DNA from: a virus
Lineage: Duplodnaviria > Caudoviricetes
Virus record (IMG/VR): IMGVR_UViG_3300020576_003495
Coordinates: 114,171-178,170 of that record
Direction: 5' to 3' (one strand)
DNA: 64,000 bases
Part shown: in pieces, positions 49,345-61,100 of the stretch
How the letters are laid out: each line of letters begins with the position of its first letter
Numbering within the stretch: the stretch's first letter is position 1
Notes under the pieces: generated by a model
What the model was told of the DNA's origin: nothing
Databases searched by the model: none
Seen by the model: only the letters and a program-made list of their open reading frames with translations
Position numbers and translations under genes: made by a program

Positions 49345-52278
49345 ATGTCAGGTGATCCATTCTGGTCAAACGTGGTGCTCGCCATGCGCATGGATGGGGC
49401 GAACAACGGCACGGTGTTTACAGATTCCAAAGCAGCAAAAGTATTCACAGGTAACGTGGGTGCTGTTACATCCACAGAAAACGCAAAGTACAGTGCTAGC
49501 TCATTAAAACTCTCTGGTGCTTCCGGGTGTAATCTAACATCCACCACCACACCCACAGACTACCAGTTCGGTACGGGCGATTTTACGATTGAAGGATGGT
49601 TCTATGACAACGGAACCTACGGCACAGTGCGTTGTTTATTAGATAAGTGCGTGGCGTATAACACCAGTATGGACTTTCGCCTTATTGTGAATGCAGCAGG
49701 GCAACTGGAATTCTCTGTTGGCCCAACCACAGCGACTGTCTTTACAGGTACGCTTAAAAAAGTACCTCTTTACGCATGGACGTACTTAGCGGTAAGTCGT
49801 GTTGGGTCAACACTCTATATGTTTATTGATGGCGTCCTTGCCTACACAGGAACCGCAGCATTCAATATAGGCAACGTGCAATCAACTTTTATGGTGGGGT
49901 CTTATACATCAACAGCAGCGCTTGTGCTGGGTCTGCACTGTGACGGCGCAGACAATTCAACAACATTCACGGATGTAACAGGAAAAACAGTAACGCCTAG
50001 TGGCAATGCGAAGCTTTCAACCACACAAGTAAAGTTTGGAACGACGGCAGCATACTTTGATGGCACTGGGGATTTTATAACCATCCCCAACAGCGTTGAT
50101 TTTGACTTCGGTGCGGGCGATTTCACAATAGAAATGTGGGCGTTTCCAACAGTAGCGACAGGCTACCACACTTTAATTACGAAATCTCCCAGCACTTATC
50201 ACCCATTCGGTGTGTATATGACGCCAACAAGGCAGCTAGAAGTACTCTGTTCTAAAAATGGAACAGCATGGGATGTCTTTTTGCTTTCAGCCACAAATGT
50301 ATTCACGTTGAATGTGTGGAACCATGTGTCAGTAGTTAGAACGAACGGGTTCGTCAAGGGGTACATCAATGGGGTTGAGGTTGTTTCAGGCGCACTTACC
50401 GGGTCGCTAATGACCAACTCATCCAATGTCACTGTCGGGAATGAAGATGCGTCTTATGGTTTCGCAGGGTACCTCGATGACATAGTGGTTATTAAAGGCG
50501 CGGCTTTACGCACAGCGGCGTTTACAACACCAGCAGCAGCTTTCACAACTTTTTTTGACTCACAGTACACTGGGTACATGCAAGACCTTAGAATTACTAA
50601 GGGGACGGGGCGCTATTCCGCTAGATTTACCCCACCACAACAGCAGCTTGAGTTCTTTGCTGTTGTGGATGACACAAGAGACCCCTACTGGACTAACACG
50701 AAGCTTTTACTGCACGGAGAAACGATAGCCGATACGTCCTCGTTCGCAAGAACGCTAACCCCAACGGGAACGGCGGCTACACCCTATACAGTAGCCTATA
50801 AATACGGTGGGGGGTGTATTCGATTCGATGGCGCAAGTTATATTTCCTTAGCCTCTAGTGTAGACTTTCAATTCGGAACAGGCGACTTTACGATTGAGGC
50901 ATGGGTTAACCTTGACACGATTTCAGGGTACAACTCAATATTTTCTAATAATTGGGCAGCGGCCAGTAACGATAATTTCGTGCTGGGTGTTGATGGTGGA
51001 CGGCTGTCTTTCATGTACAAATCTTCAGGTGGAGTGACTACCCCGAGTCATGATGGGGGGTCTGTTCCTGTTTCCGGGTGGCATCACGTGGCTTTGTGTC
51101 GTCAGGGTGATGTTCTTTTTCTTTATATTGACGGCTATGGTGTGGCTTATAGGGCGGGTGTTTCCGCGTACAGCTTTGGCTATTCAGCATCGCTGTACGT
51201 GGGGGCTACAAACACTACTACGAGCCGTATGACTGGGTATATAGATGACCTACGTGTAACCAAGGGCACAGCCCGATACCCGACAACACCTACAACCTTC
51301 ACGCCAGTTGTTAATGTGCTTTCCAGCACTGACCCCAACTGGTCTAACGTTTATTTTGCCGAAGCGTTCAATGAAGCACATGGAACTACGACGTTTACGG
51401 ATGCATCTGGGCACTACACCATAACAAATTCTAATACCGTGGCTTCGGCATCAAATGTAACGGCTAAGTACGGCACCACCAGCCTTAAATTCTCTGGTGC
51501 AGCCGGGGGGTTGACCTTGAATGATAAATTCACATGGATGCATGACGGTACTACGCCATGGACGTGGGAGACTTGGATCAACGTGTCGACTGTCCCACCA
51601 ACTGTGTGGGGTTTATTTGGAAACTTTTCAACCAATGCAGCGGGAACCAATCCTTTTATACAAATATACGTTTCCCCGTCGTCCACACAGGTTTCCATTG
51701 CTTGCACTTTGTCTGGACAAGGTACAGCAGGCGCAGGCGGGTACATGATAGTAGCTACTACTGCTTTTAATGTGACCGCTTGGAAGCATGTTGTGTTTGA
51801 ATACGATGGCGTGACCCTACGCGCCTATCTGGATGGTGTTTTAGCTGCGACTTGCACAAAAAATGGCGTGGGTGGTTCCGGTTCGGCTTATACCGCAGGG
51901 ACAACCGGGAACGTCAATGCGGTTATTGGGGCATACAGCAACGGGTCTTTTTCCTTTCCCATGCCCGGTTACATAGACGACATGAGGATCACTAAAAACG
52001 TAGCTAGGTACAACGCCAAAATGTTCACCCCACATACATACGCTCACCCAGAAGGCTCGTCTGTGGTGTCTGGAACAGTGCTCGATACGTCAGCAACACT
52101 ATGCGACCGTGTTATTCACGTGCATTCAAGAGCCACAGGCCGTTTATTAGGGACAGCGACCAGTGATCCGGTTACGGGGGCTTTCTCTATAGGCTCCCCA
52201 GAACTCTGCTATGCCGTGGCTTTGGATTCCACAGGAAACTACAACGCGCTTATTCTGGATCGTCTTAATCCGATATAA
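49345..52278 (+). CDS. multi-LamG (concanavalin-like) tail/adhesin protein
   Basis: Repeated FG.GDFTIE.W, W.HV...R and GY.DD.R.TK motifs, about four domains. Confidence 0.85.
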   Translation: MSGDPFWSNVVLAMRMDGANNGTVFTDSKAAKVFTGNVGAVTSTENAKYSASSLKLSGASGCNLTSTTTPTDYQFGTGDFTIEGWFYDNGTYGTVRCLLDKCVAYNTSMDFRLIVNAAGQLEFSVGPTTATVFTGTLKKVPLYAWTYLAVSRVGSTLYMFIDGVLAYTGTAAFNIGNVQSTFMVGSYTSTAALVLGLHCDGADNSTTFTDVTGKTVTPSGNAKLSTTQVKFGTTAAYFDGTGDFITIPNSVDFDFGAGDFTIEMWAFPTVATGYHTLITKSPSTYHPFGVYMTPTRQLEVLCSKNGTAWDVFLLSATNVFTLNVWNHVSVVRTNGFVKGYINGVEVVSGALTGSLMTNSSNVTVGNEDASYGFAGYLDDIVVIKGAALRTAAFTTPAAAFTTFFDSQYTGYMQDLRITKGTGRYSARFTPPQQQLEFFAVVDDTRDPYWTNTKLLLHGETIADTSSFARTLTPTGTAATPYTVAYKYGGGCIRFDGASYISLASSVDFQFGTGDFTIEAWVNLDTISGYNSIFSNNWAAASNDNFVLGVDGGRLSFMYKSSGGVTTPSHDGGSVPVSGWHHVALCRQGDVLFLYIDGYGVAYRAGVSAYSFGYSASLYVGATNTTTSRMTGYIDDLRVTKGTARYPTTPTTFTPVVNVLSSTDPNWSNVYFAEAFNEAHGTTTFTDASGHYTITNSNTVASASNVTAKYGTTSLKFSGAAGGLTLNDKFTWMHDGTTPWTWETWINVSTVPPTVWGLFGNFSTNAAGTNPFIQIYVSPSSTQVSIACTLSGQGTAGAGGYMIVATTAFNVTAWKHVVFEYDGVTLRAYLDGVLAATCTKNGVGGSGSAYTAGTTGNVNAVIGAYSNGSFSFPMPGYIDDMRITKNVARYNAKMFTPHTYAHPEGSSVVSGTVLDTSATLCDRVIHVHSRATGRLLGTATSDPVTGAFSIGSPELCYAVALDSTGNYNALILDRLNPI

Positions 52279-52287
52279 GGCCATGAC

Positions 52288-55221
52288 GTGAGTAATTCTA
52301 CTGGCTTAGTCTTTAGCTTTTCGACATCGGTAACTTATACCGCCCCAGCGGGGGACGAGCTTATATTTAGCTGGGTCATTTCACGCGATATTCGCCCTTC
52401 TGGGGTAGATTCGTCTGTTTTTGGTGATGTTACAACACGCTACGCTAGGAACGTTTATCAGATTGGCGATGATTCTGTTGTTTTCGGTGATCCCCGTGTC
52501 GCGCATCTACAGTACATCTACGCTCTTGATGATGGGGAGTCGTCTGCTTACGGAGACCCGTATGTAGCATGGGTTACGTTTGTTTATCCTGATGGTATAA
52601 CTAGTGCTGAGTGGGGACTGCATCAACTTAATAAGAAGGTTGTATCACTAGGGTCAAGCAGTGCAGTTTTTTCTGACCCTACGGTTTATAATTTACGTAA
52701 GTACGTTTACGCCACACCTTTTGTTAGCGCGGTAATCCCTAGCCCGTGGGTAGGTAAGGGAAACAGCATTGAGCCTGTGGGGATAGGCCGCACGGCTGTC
52801 GTTTCAGTCCCCTACATCTATACTTTGCGCCAGATTATCCGCACGTATCAAAATACGAGCGATAGTGTCGTTACTGTACCCTTAGCCTATAACCGTAACC
52901 AGTACATTTATCAAGCCACCACAACGGATACGTACACTTTTGGGGTAGGCAACGTTTCTCTTGAAATACGCCATTTTTATTTCGATGGCTTCGACTCGTC
53001 CCTGTTTGGCACATCTGAAGTTAAATTAAGCAAACGGTATTTGACAGGTGTTGGCTTCAGTGATGTTCAAGAGGTTTTCGGGGGCAACCGGGTTGAATAC
53101 AAAGTCAGGAGCATCTTTCCGCAGGGCTTCTCAGCACTATTATTTAGTTCTTCTCTTGAAGTACGCACCAACACCCAAGTTCTTTACTTCAGCGGGGCGA
53201 ACGCTTCGGTGTTTGGGGAGCCGCGTGCTGACCACAATCCCCGACCTATTACCTATCAGATTTTTGATTCATTGGCTATGGGGGAGCCTTATGTCCGTCT
53301 GCATGATTTATACATAACCCCGTCAAGTGTACTGTCTTGGACTCGCCCAGAGTATCAGTACGGAACGCCGAATGTTTCTAATAGAAATAGAACGATGCAG
53401 ATGTATGGCGTGGATTCAGCCGACCTTCTACGCTCCTACCACTACATCTACAACAACGCTCGTCCAATAGACCTTAAAGACAGGGGCATAGACGCTTATG
53501 GCGATGGCATTCCCGATGTAGGGTATCACCTAAAGACTTTTACTGCGTCCGCCGACGATTCTGATCCTGAGCGCAGGATGGGCTACGCCAAGGTCTATAA
53601 CAAAGCGACTATTCTCGATTTGGGGGGTTCAGGGTTCCTACCGACACGTTTTGGTATCCCACAGCGCGTATGGAGTAACACTCAGTATATATCTACTTAC
53701 ACCGACAACCCACAGACACACTATGGCTTAAGCTGGCTTTCCTTCAGTCCGATCTATATCCAGCCTAGAAAGTTCGATACACCACAGATGGGGGAAAACT
53801 ACGTTTCTTTCTCTCCGAAATATATCATCCTTGAGTCCTTCGGCGGGACAAGATTTACCAAGGCTGAAGTTACCATTCATCGCAACATTATCCAGCCCCG
53901 CCCTATGGAGAGTTCAGCCGCAGTCAGCCATTTTTCGATTTACAATCTGACGCCAGAGATTCATGTTTTAGGCGTGACGTATTCCGAGTATGGAGTGCCT
54001 ACTGTAAAGCTAGGCCGACTCTACGTTTATGCCAACGGGCATAAGGATAATACTATAGGGACGCAGCGTGTTGAGTATAAGACCCGCAAGATCATGCCGG
54101 GGGGTCTTAACTATATGTTTGTTGGTCTTCCTGACGTTGGTTTCGATAAAACACAGCAACCCCCAGAAACACAATTTATTAGGCGTGTTGTAGTGCAGAT
54201 GGGGGCGGGTGCCGTTTCCAATCAGCATTGGGTTGATCCCAACTCCCCGTGGTCTGGTGAAGTGATCCCCTTCGGTAATACCGACGTCCACACGAATGTC
54301 CTTAACCCATATGGAATTTATAATGCTAATTTTGGCATGAGTATAGTTAAAACCAATATCATTGAGATACCTCCGGGTGTGTCCATGATTGGTTGGGGTT
54401 CTCCTGTAGTTTTAGGCGGCACTAAGCGGATACGAGTTTCTTCCTATACGGTAAGCACGGCTTTTGGGTTGCATGACGTTCAGGGGGCACAGTGGGTTAG
54501 GTTAGGGGAGATATGGAACGGATCGACTTACTCCCCCTATACATACCACACAACATCGGATGATAATCATCCTTACTATGTATTTCAGCCACAAACGGTC
54601 GGCCCCGTTTTCGGGTCGCATGCAGAAGTGCAACACTACCATCGCACACTCTACACGCACAGTAACGACTATGTTGATAATAATACGGGCGCTGTTCACA
54701 TAATGGGTTCACCGAGGGTGTCGCATAACCCGCAGTATGTTTACCCGTCAGGGTTTTATACTTACAAGCGGGGACTACATGAAGTCGTTCGAACGTTGAG
54801 CAAGAACTTTTACCCCTATGCGTTTGATAGCCAAACCTACGGTGCTACCAACGTGATTTTGCAAGATTATGGTACTAAAACAATTAGTGTTCCGGGACAG
54901 TACCCACGTCCAGCACAAGTAGGTTTTCATGAAGTTCAGCATAGGCACAGGACAATTAAGATTTCCTCTTGGAATTCGTTCAGTTCGCCTAAAGGGGCGC
55001 AGTACGTTGGCTTCTACACGTGGCTGTACATGCAAGGCGCTGATTCGTCCTTGTTTGGTACTCCATGGGCATCCCATAGTCCGCAGGTTATCGGGCCAGA
55101 GTTTGTTGTCGATGATGCTCCGTTTTGGAGTGGTGCTCGTGTCAGGCTACACCACACCAACATAATGCCGTACACTCTCTTGGCGGATTCAAGAATCGGA
55201 AGACCCCACTTAACTAATTAG
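52288..55221 (+). CDS. large beta-rich repetitive virion protein
   Basis: 977 aa; recurrent DSS.FG.P.V repeats. Confidence 0.7.
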   Translation: MSNSTGLVFSFSTSVTYTAPAGDELIFSWVISRDIRPSGVDSSVFGDVTTRYARNVYQIGDDSVVFGDPRVAHLQYIYALDDGESSAYGDPYVAWVTFVYPDGITSAEWGLHQLNKKVVSLGSSSAVFSDPTVYNLRKYVYATPFVSAVIPSPWVGKGNSIEPVGIGRTAVVSVPYIYTLRQIIRTYQNTSDSVVTVPLAYNRNQYIYQATTTDTYTFGVGNVSLEIRHFYFDGFDSSLFGTSEVKLSKRYLTGVGFSDVQEVFGGNRVEYKVRSIFPQGFSALLFSSSLEVRTNTQVLYFSGANASVFGEPRADHNPRPITYQIFDSLAMGEPYVRLHDLYITPSSVLSWTRPEYQYGTPNVSNRNRTMQMYGVDSADLLRSYHYIYNNARPIDLKDRGIDAYGDGIPDVGYHLKTFTASADDSDPERRMGYAKVYNKATILDLGGSGFLPTRFGIPQRVWSNTQYISTYTDNPQTHYGLSWLSFSPIYIQPRKFDTPQMGENYVSFSPKYIILESFGGTRFTKAEVTIHRNIIQPRPMESSAAVSHFSIYNLTPEIHVLGVTYSEYGVPTVKLGRLYVYANGHKDNTIGTQRVEYKTRKIMPGGLNYMFVGLPDVGFDKTQQPPETQFIRRVVVQMGAGAVSNQHWVDPNSPWSGEVIPFGNTDVHTNVLNPYGIYNANFGMSIVKTNIIEIPPGVSMIGWGSPVVLGGTKRIRVSSYTVSTAFGLHDVQGAQWVRLGEIWNGSTYSPYTYHTTSDDNHPYYVFQPQTVGPVFGSHAEVQHYHRTLYTHSNDYVDNNTGAVHIMGSPRVSHNPQYVYPSGFYTYKRGLHEVVRTLSKNFYPYAFDSQTYGATNVILQDYGTKTISVPGQYPRPAQVGFHEVQHRHRTIKISSWNSFSSPKGAQYVGFYTWLYMQGADSSLFGTPWASHSPQVIGPEFVVDDAPFWSGARVRLHHTNIMPYTLLADSRIGRPHLTN

Positions 55222-55235
55222 CATAGGATGAGCAA

Positions 55236-57809
55236 ATGACAATTAAGGTAGGCGATGTGGGGGTAATTCATCTGCCCGATTATTTCGTTCCTGCTTTGGG
55301 AGAACCAACGCCAAACGTAGATGACGACAGTACAAATCTGGCACCTAAAGGGGGTGTTGTTTTAGACGGATACCTAACCACGCAAGATGTGAATGTTGGC
55401 GGTTCTGTTGTTGCTGTCCCTGTGCTTGACCGATTTGCACCTAATGCGGCCACCATTTTGGCAATAGGTTCGACAGGATCACGACGCATGTCCACAGGGT
55501 CTTCGCCATGGAAGCCGCCTAGCGACATGACTGTTTTCCACACGGTTCCTTATCTGCACATCCCTGTACCAGAGCAGTGGGAGTCTCAATATAACAATCC
55601 AGTTCAACCCCCACCGGGGAGCACTGTTATCCCCAAAGTGTATTCTCAATATCGTCTGATGAAGCCGACGATGTACTCTGGGTTTATGCGGGTTATCGCT
55701 CAACTGATTATGGGGTATGGAAGAAAAAGCCAACCCACTAAAGACATACAGATAGATCGACACGTCTTTACGGTAGCGGGGAGCAAAACGTGCTGGTGTG
55801 GGGAGATTCACTATAAAGTGAGTGCCACGCATCCACTTGACCCAAACAAAGTTTACCGCGCCATGGAAGACTACAGTTTTGAATCGTCTTCTGTGCCGGA
55901 AGATGACAAGCTGTTGGGGTCGTTGAATTATTCATTCTCTTGGGCTAAAACACATGGCGTTTATAAGACAGATGCAGGGCGTTTGTATCTAATAAGAATT
56001 AGCGCTGATGGTATGTTTGCCATGCGCATGCCAGTGTTGGGTAACACGCAAAGCTTCGTTCCGACAAGCCTATCCGATATGCTAAAAGACATGCCGCTAG
56101 GCTACGATTTACCCAGTGGAACGTACACACCTGCTGTGTCAGGACAACCTTATACACCCGCTTCTGCTATTGACAGTGCTGTGTTGGAAGGCTGGGTTAA
56201 ACGTCTTTTAACGCCAGAGCAGCTTGCCCCCTTCTACACCAATCGTAATGCTACCTATACTGAGTGCGGTTGGGCATTTAGTGCATCGGGTAAAAAGATA
56301 GACAATGTGTGCTGGCACATACCCCTACCTAAACCCTATGATTACCCCTACTTCGAGCACTACCACATTGAGATTACAGGGGGCGATGGCGGAACATCAC
56401 ACCAATATAACTATGCGCACTGCACTAATGGTTATGACGGCTCTATTTCATCTTTGAGTGCGTCCATCTCAAAAGTGGGGGAAGGTAACGCTTTGGACAT
56501 TTCTCAGTACAGCAAGCCGTTCAAAGTTCCGATGATAGATCAGGAAACGGGAATACCTGCTGTAATCAGTTTTGACATGCTCCCAAGAGGGTGGTCTACA
56601 TCCGGCCCACCTGAACCTGTCTACTTAGCAGCGGTGAAGACGTACCCCGTAAGCGACACTACGGTTCATGTTTTTTACGACGATGAAGAATTGATTTGGA
56701 TTCGGTTTTTCAACCCAATGAACACGGCTAAGACTGTTCAAGACAGTTGGGATGATAGGACGGAAGAAGCATATCCGCACGAGTGCATGATCTTGGGGTC
56801 GTACACTTGGGGGAGTACATCAAGAAGTACGGCACTGCCAAGAGGGTTCTATTCTAATAGAATTGACCCGCGCCAGATGGCCGATGAATCGTCAGTGGAC
56901 ATGAGGTCTAGTGGGGAGAAAACGTGGGAGAGTCCCTACATGGGGATTACCTACTCCTACCCTTATCCGCCAAGATTGTTTGGTTATCAGGACAGCAACG
57001 GCTATCAACACGGTGCGGACTATCAGCTTGGTTATGATGATTTTGAACCCGGATACAATTCCGCTGTGGGAAGTCCGTGGACAGGAAAGAGGCACTGTTT
57101 TCATGTGCATGTGACAGGGTTATCCATTGTAGGCCAGCAGTATGTCTATAGCTGTGCTCTCCCTTTGACCGACAGGGAAGCAGCTTTTATTTGCGAGCGT
57201 AGAGTACAAGCAACAAAGACTGTGTTCGATAATAAATATGCGGCCATGGTGATGCAGTTTGTTTATTACACCTTTCCTTCATGGATTCCAGATTTGCAAG
57301 ACTCTATAGATGGGGACTTTGGAATCCCCGTGGGTAATTGGGAAGACTGGCAGCTTCGCTACGACACGGTTAAATATCTGCGCTATCAGTTGTATCCCAT
57401 AATAGACAACTACACCAAAGAACCTTTGCGTAACGTGCGGGAAACCTTGAACATTGCGGGGGGTTGGTTTGAAGCACCTACGGACATATGGAATCATGAT
57501 GTGACGACACACGAGCCTGATGTTTATACAATCAGTTCTATTTGTTCGACTAAGTTTGGCGCAGAGTACCCAAGTACAATGCTAGGCGTGGCAGGATCAG
57601 AGCAGTTGTGGGAGTGGTTGCTACCATGGCCTGATGGTTGGCAATGTGCTTGGTTTTGGGCGACACGTTCGGTGGTGGGGACGGACAGTTCAAAGCAGAA
57701 CATTTACATCAATGGGGGCATGGACTACACGGGGCTGAAGAAGGATAAGATGTCCTTGTTTGAAATTACATCCTTACAGCGTCAAGTGACTTTTTTGGGT
57801 GATTTGTAA
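55236..57809 (+). CDS. large putative virion protein
   Basis: 857 aa, in the structural cluster. Confidence 0.65.
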   Translation: MTIKVGDVGVIHLPDYFVPALGEPTPNVDDDSTNLAPKGGVVLDGYLTTQDVNVGGSVVAVPVLDRFAPNAATILAIGSTGSRRMSTGSSPWKPPSDMTVFHTVPYLHIPVPEQWESQYNNPVQPPPGSTVIPKVYSQYRLMKPTMYSGFMRVIAQLIMGYGRKSQPTKDIQIDRHVFTVAGSKTCWCGEIHYKVSATHPLDPNKVYRAMEDYSFESSSVPEDDKLLGSLNYSFSWAKTHGVYKTDAGRLYLIRISADGMFAMRMPVLGNTQSFVPTSLSDMLKDMPLGYDLPSGTYTPAVSGQPYTPASAIDSAVLEGWVKRLLTPEQLAPFYTNRNATYTECGWAFSASGKKIDNVCWHIPLPKPYDYPYFEHYHIEITGGDGGTSHQYNYAHCTNGYDGSISSLSASISKVGEGNALDISQYSKPFKVPMIDQETGIPAVISFDMLPRGWSTSGPPEPVYLAAVKTYPVSDTTVHVFYDDEELIWIRFFNPMNTAKTVQDSWDDRTEEAYPHECMILGSYTWGSTSRSTALPRGFYSNRIDPRQMADESSVDMRSSGEKTWESPYMGITYSYPYPPRLFGYQDSNGYQHGADYQLGYDDFEPGYNSAVGSPWTGKRHCFHVHVTGLSIVGQQYVYSCALPLTDREAAFICERRVQATKTVFDNKYAAMVMQFVYYTFPSWIPDLQDSIDGDFGIPVGNWEDWQLRYDTVKYLRYQLYPIIDNYTKEPLRNVRETLNIAGGWFEAPTDIWNHDVTTHEPDVYTISSICSTKFGAEYPSTMLGVAGSEQLWEWLLPWPDGWQCAWFWATRSVVGTDSSKQNIYINGGMDYTGLKKDKMSLFEITSLQRQVTFLGDL

Positions 57810-58665
57810 ATTCTGGTATAATGCTAGCACAACATACCACAAGGGGATTCCGTTGCAATTAACTGCACCAGACAATTTTGATCTTTTTCCTGAACTGATC
57901 CCCGAACCCATTATTGACAGCACACCCACATGCGAGCAAGTCTTGCTTTTGGGGGATTGCCTGTCTGTGATGAACACCCTCCCCGAGAAGTCAGTTGATC
58001 TAATCCTCACGGATTTGCCCTACGGCACGACAAACGCCCGTGGGGATAACCCGATAGCTCTAAGACAACTGTGGGTGCGCTACAAGCGACTACTCAAGCC
58101 TACGGGGTGTGTGTTGATCTTCGGCAACAACCCTTTTACAGCCCAAGTCGTCCTCAGTAATCAGGAATGGTACAAGCAGACGCTGATATGGGATAAGAAC
58201 AAATGTGGTTCCCCCGGCTTGGCTAACATCCGACCTATGCAAATTCATGAAGACATCGTGGTTTTTGCTCCCAAGAAGACCGTCTACAACCCCCAAATGA
58301 CTGTGGGGGAGCCTTACGAACGCCAGACCGACCGACCAGAGGGCTACGAGGGGAAGTCTAATACCCATGGGTATGGATTGAAACCTGTGAAGGGATTCAA
58401 AAACGAAGGAACACGCTTCCCGAGGTCGATTATTAGAATCTCACGAGACTTCTCAGCACAGCAGCAGGTTCACCCTCATCAAAAACCGACCGAACTTTTG
58501 GAATATCTAATAAAAACCTACTCCAACGTGGGGGATGTGGTGCTGGATTCCTGTGTGGGGAGTGGAAGTACGCTTATTGCCGCAAGAAACACAGGACGCT
58601 ATGGTATTGGGATCGAAAATGATCCTGTTTACTTCGAAATAGCTAAAACGAGGTTAGGGTTATGA
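57799..58665 (+). CDS. beta-class N6-adenine/N4-cytosine DNA methyltransferase
   Basis: DLPY precedes HPHQKP and LDSCVGSGST; start may be TTG 57853. Confidence 0.92.
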   Translation: MICKFWYNASTTYHKGIPLQLTAPDNFDLFPELIPEPIIDSTPTCEQVLLLGDCLSVMNTLPEKSVDLILTDLPYGTTNARGDNPIALRQLWVRYKRLLKPTGCVLIFGNNPFTAQVVLSNQEWYKQTLIWDKNKCGSPGLANIRPMQIHEDIVVFAPKKTVYNPQMTVGEPYERQTDRPEGYEGKSNTHGYGLKPVKGFKNEGTRFPRSIIRISRDFSAQQQVHPHQKPTELLEYLIKTYSNVGDVVLDSCVGSGSTLIAARNTGRYGIGIENDPVYFEIAKTRLGL

Positions 58666-59108
58666 GTGTCGCGTGCAAGGATTGTAAGTTTCATGAGTCT
58701 CTTGTCAATCATTTTGCGGGGGGTGAGTATGCACATGTTTGCACCAACCCAAAACTACAGCCATTGATCTGCAACGAAATGAACGAGAGCAATGAGTGGG
58801 TACGTTGCAATGAAACACGTGAGTTCAACTTCGCGTGTGGGCATGATGGCAAATGGTTTGAACAGCGTCCACCTTACGCCCCTACTGTTCAGGCCGGGTA
58901 AATGTATGAATCTTTACTTCAAATATCTAATAAAAAAAGCCTTAGATAGTCGGTGTGTTCAGGGCTACGCCCACGAAGTACGTATCCGAGAAGTCTATGC
59001 CCTCGTTAGAGAAGTCTGCGTAGAAGAATTCCCTGAAGATAACGCCCCCACCATGGATGCTTTTTTACGTGAGTTGTTTGAATCGACTCAATACTCCCCC
59101 AAAAATGA

Positions 59109-59363
59109 AAGTGCTACCGTGGGGATGACTGGCATCTAGTGCGTAAGCAGGTTTACGCTAGAGATAACTGGTCATGTCGCCTGTGCGGTAAGCACTGCGA
59201 AAAGAAGGAAATACAGTGCCACCACATCGTACCGTATAATTAGGGCGGGACAAACGACGATACCAACCTAGTTACGTTGTGCGTTTTTTGTCATGCTAAA
59301 GTAGAACAGCGTGTTGGCGTGTTCAATGTTTCGTACTTTATGCATCAACCTTTAGCGGCTTGA
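59109..59363 (+). pseudogene. HNH endonuclease pseudogene
   Basis: RDNWSCRLCG..HHIVPYN*GGTND..NLVTLC..CH; TAG at 59241; no clear in-frame start for the N-terminal part. Confidence 0.75.
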
Positions 59364-60710
59364 GTAGACTGCAAGTAATTGCATTGTGGGGGATTATGGA
59401 TACTGATCTAGCAAAAAAGATGATTGATCGTGCTAACAAGGATGTTCTTCCTGTAGATCATCCTATGAGAATACAAGCACATGATTTTGAAGTCGCGTGT
59501 GAAGGCTATCTTAGCTCCCCCCAAACTGTTTCGGTAGGGGTTTTCTTTAACTGTTGGGCACGAGCAAGGAAAACATGGTGTGCCTACACAGGGGAGCCGT
59601 TGATTTAACTTGACAAACGTATAGAGAAGTGGTAAAGTAACTACATCAACTGAAAACCACGGAGGGTTTTATGACTATCAAAGTAAGTAAGGCTGTGCTG
59701 GAAGAAATAGCGGTAAACACGAATAACAACTTCCACGGGGAAGCTTTGTTTGTTGCAGCTAAGGCGTTAGGCTGTGATTCACTAGCTGACATTTTCGCTC
59801 GCATCAACCGTGACCACGAGGAAATCGGTCATCTGTCTGTCGAACTCAGGCAACGGCGTGAGCTTGCGGCGGATACTTTATTTTCGTTCGCACGTATTAA
59901 TCTGAGCAAGTCCGACTACAAAAAGCTCTACGAGTCGTTCTAGTATAGGGGGGGGGTTATGCCGATTGAACTAAGAAAGACCAACGAACTGCAAGCCTTG
60001 AAAAACTCCCTGAAGCCAGCGGTTTCTCTGCTGCGAGAGTACATCGAAAGCTGCGGTGGCTGTGACCACAGCGTAGGGGTTTGTTATTGCGAAGACAAGC
60101 GCATCTTGGAAGACGCGGAGTGGCGCTTACAATCTACTTGACAAACGGCGCTGATTGGACTACACTGCAAGCATCGAATAACGCAATGGAGTGCGAAAAG
60201 TGATTACGGATTCAGGTAATGGGCATACGACAACAAACTGGTAAAGGCGCAGAAGCAGGTTTCTGATTTGGAAAAAAGTCTGTACTTCGCAAAGATTGAA
60301 TTGGCAAAGATCATTGAGAAAGGTAGGCCATGAGAGTTACTAAACAAGACAAAAAAGAATTCCAAGGATACCTTGAAGCGTGCACAGACCGTCAGGTGTG
60401 GGGCGTTTATGAGCATGAGAAGGAAAACAGACGGCGTGTTTACACTGAAATGGCACGCCTTGAATTGGCTAGGCGTGGACTGCTATGACACCCGAAGAAG
60501 CACGAGACAGATACGATGCCGAGTGGCCCGCACTTCACGAAGCGTGCCGTGTTGCCGTAGATGCGTGTGATACAGCAGCAGCAAAGAAATGTCGACAGGC
60601 GCTTAGTGCTTTGTCCATTCGATGCAAGGCGCGATTTGAGTTGCTTTCCCCACCCCCCGAAGAAGAATGTCCTGTTAATTTTTGTCCCTGCTGTGGAAAG
60701 AGGGTTACTC

Positions 60711-61100
60711 ATGAGTGAGTGTGCATCGGATTCTAATACAAGTCTGTTGGCGTCTTTGGTGCTGAGCATACCTGACGCAATACAAGCCCATTTGGCACGG
60801 CTTCAGCAGGAAAAAGAGGAATACGCCAAAGAAGCGGAACGAAAAAAGATAGTCTATCGCAAGAAACATCGCCCCAAAGAGGATATACAGCGGGAAGAAC
60901 AGGCGGCACGTGATGTGTGGTTGGCTCAGGTTCTGGACGCCCTAACTGATGATGGAGTTACTACATCGGGTCTAGGCAATGCGATGGGTTGTTCACGGAC
61001 TACGGCATATCGAAGGCTGCTTCCTATGGAAGAAGCAGGGCATATTTACAGGACAGGCGAAAGCGTGTCAACACGGTGGTTGAAAGGAAAGAAACTGTGA
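60711..61100 (+). CDS. winged-HTH protein
   Basis: TTSGLGNAMGCSRTTAYRRL..MEEAGHI...W. Confidence 0.7.
   Translation: MSECASDSNTSLLASLVLSIPDAIQAHLARLQQEKEEYAKEAERKKIVYRKKHRPKEDIQREEQAARDVWLAQVLDALTDDGVTTSGLGNAMGCSRTTAYRRLLPMEEAGHIYRTGESVSTRWLKGKKL

Noticed and set aside
39363-59243. Genome-wide TAG recoding suggested by two in-frame ambers
   Set aside because: Long genes are open in code 11, many genes and the tmRNA tag end in TAG, no CTA-anticodon tRNA was found, and the 59.1 kb HNH is otherwise broken.
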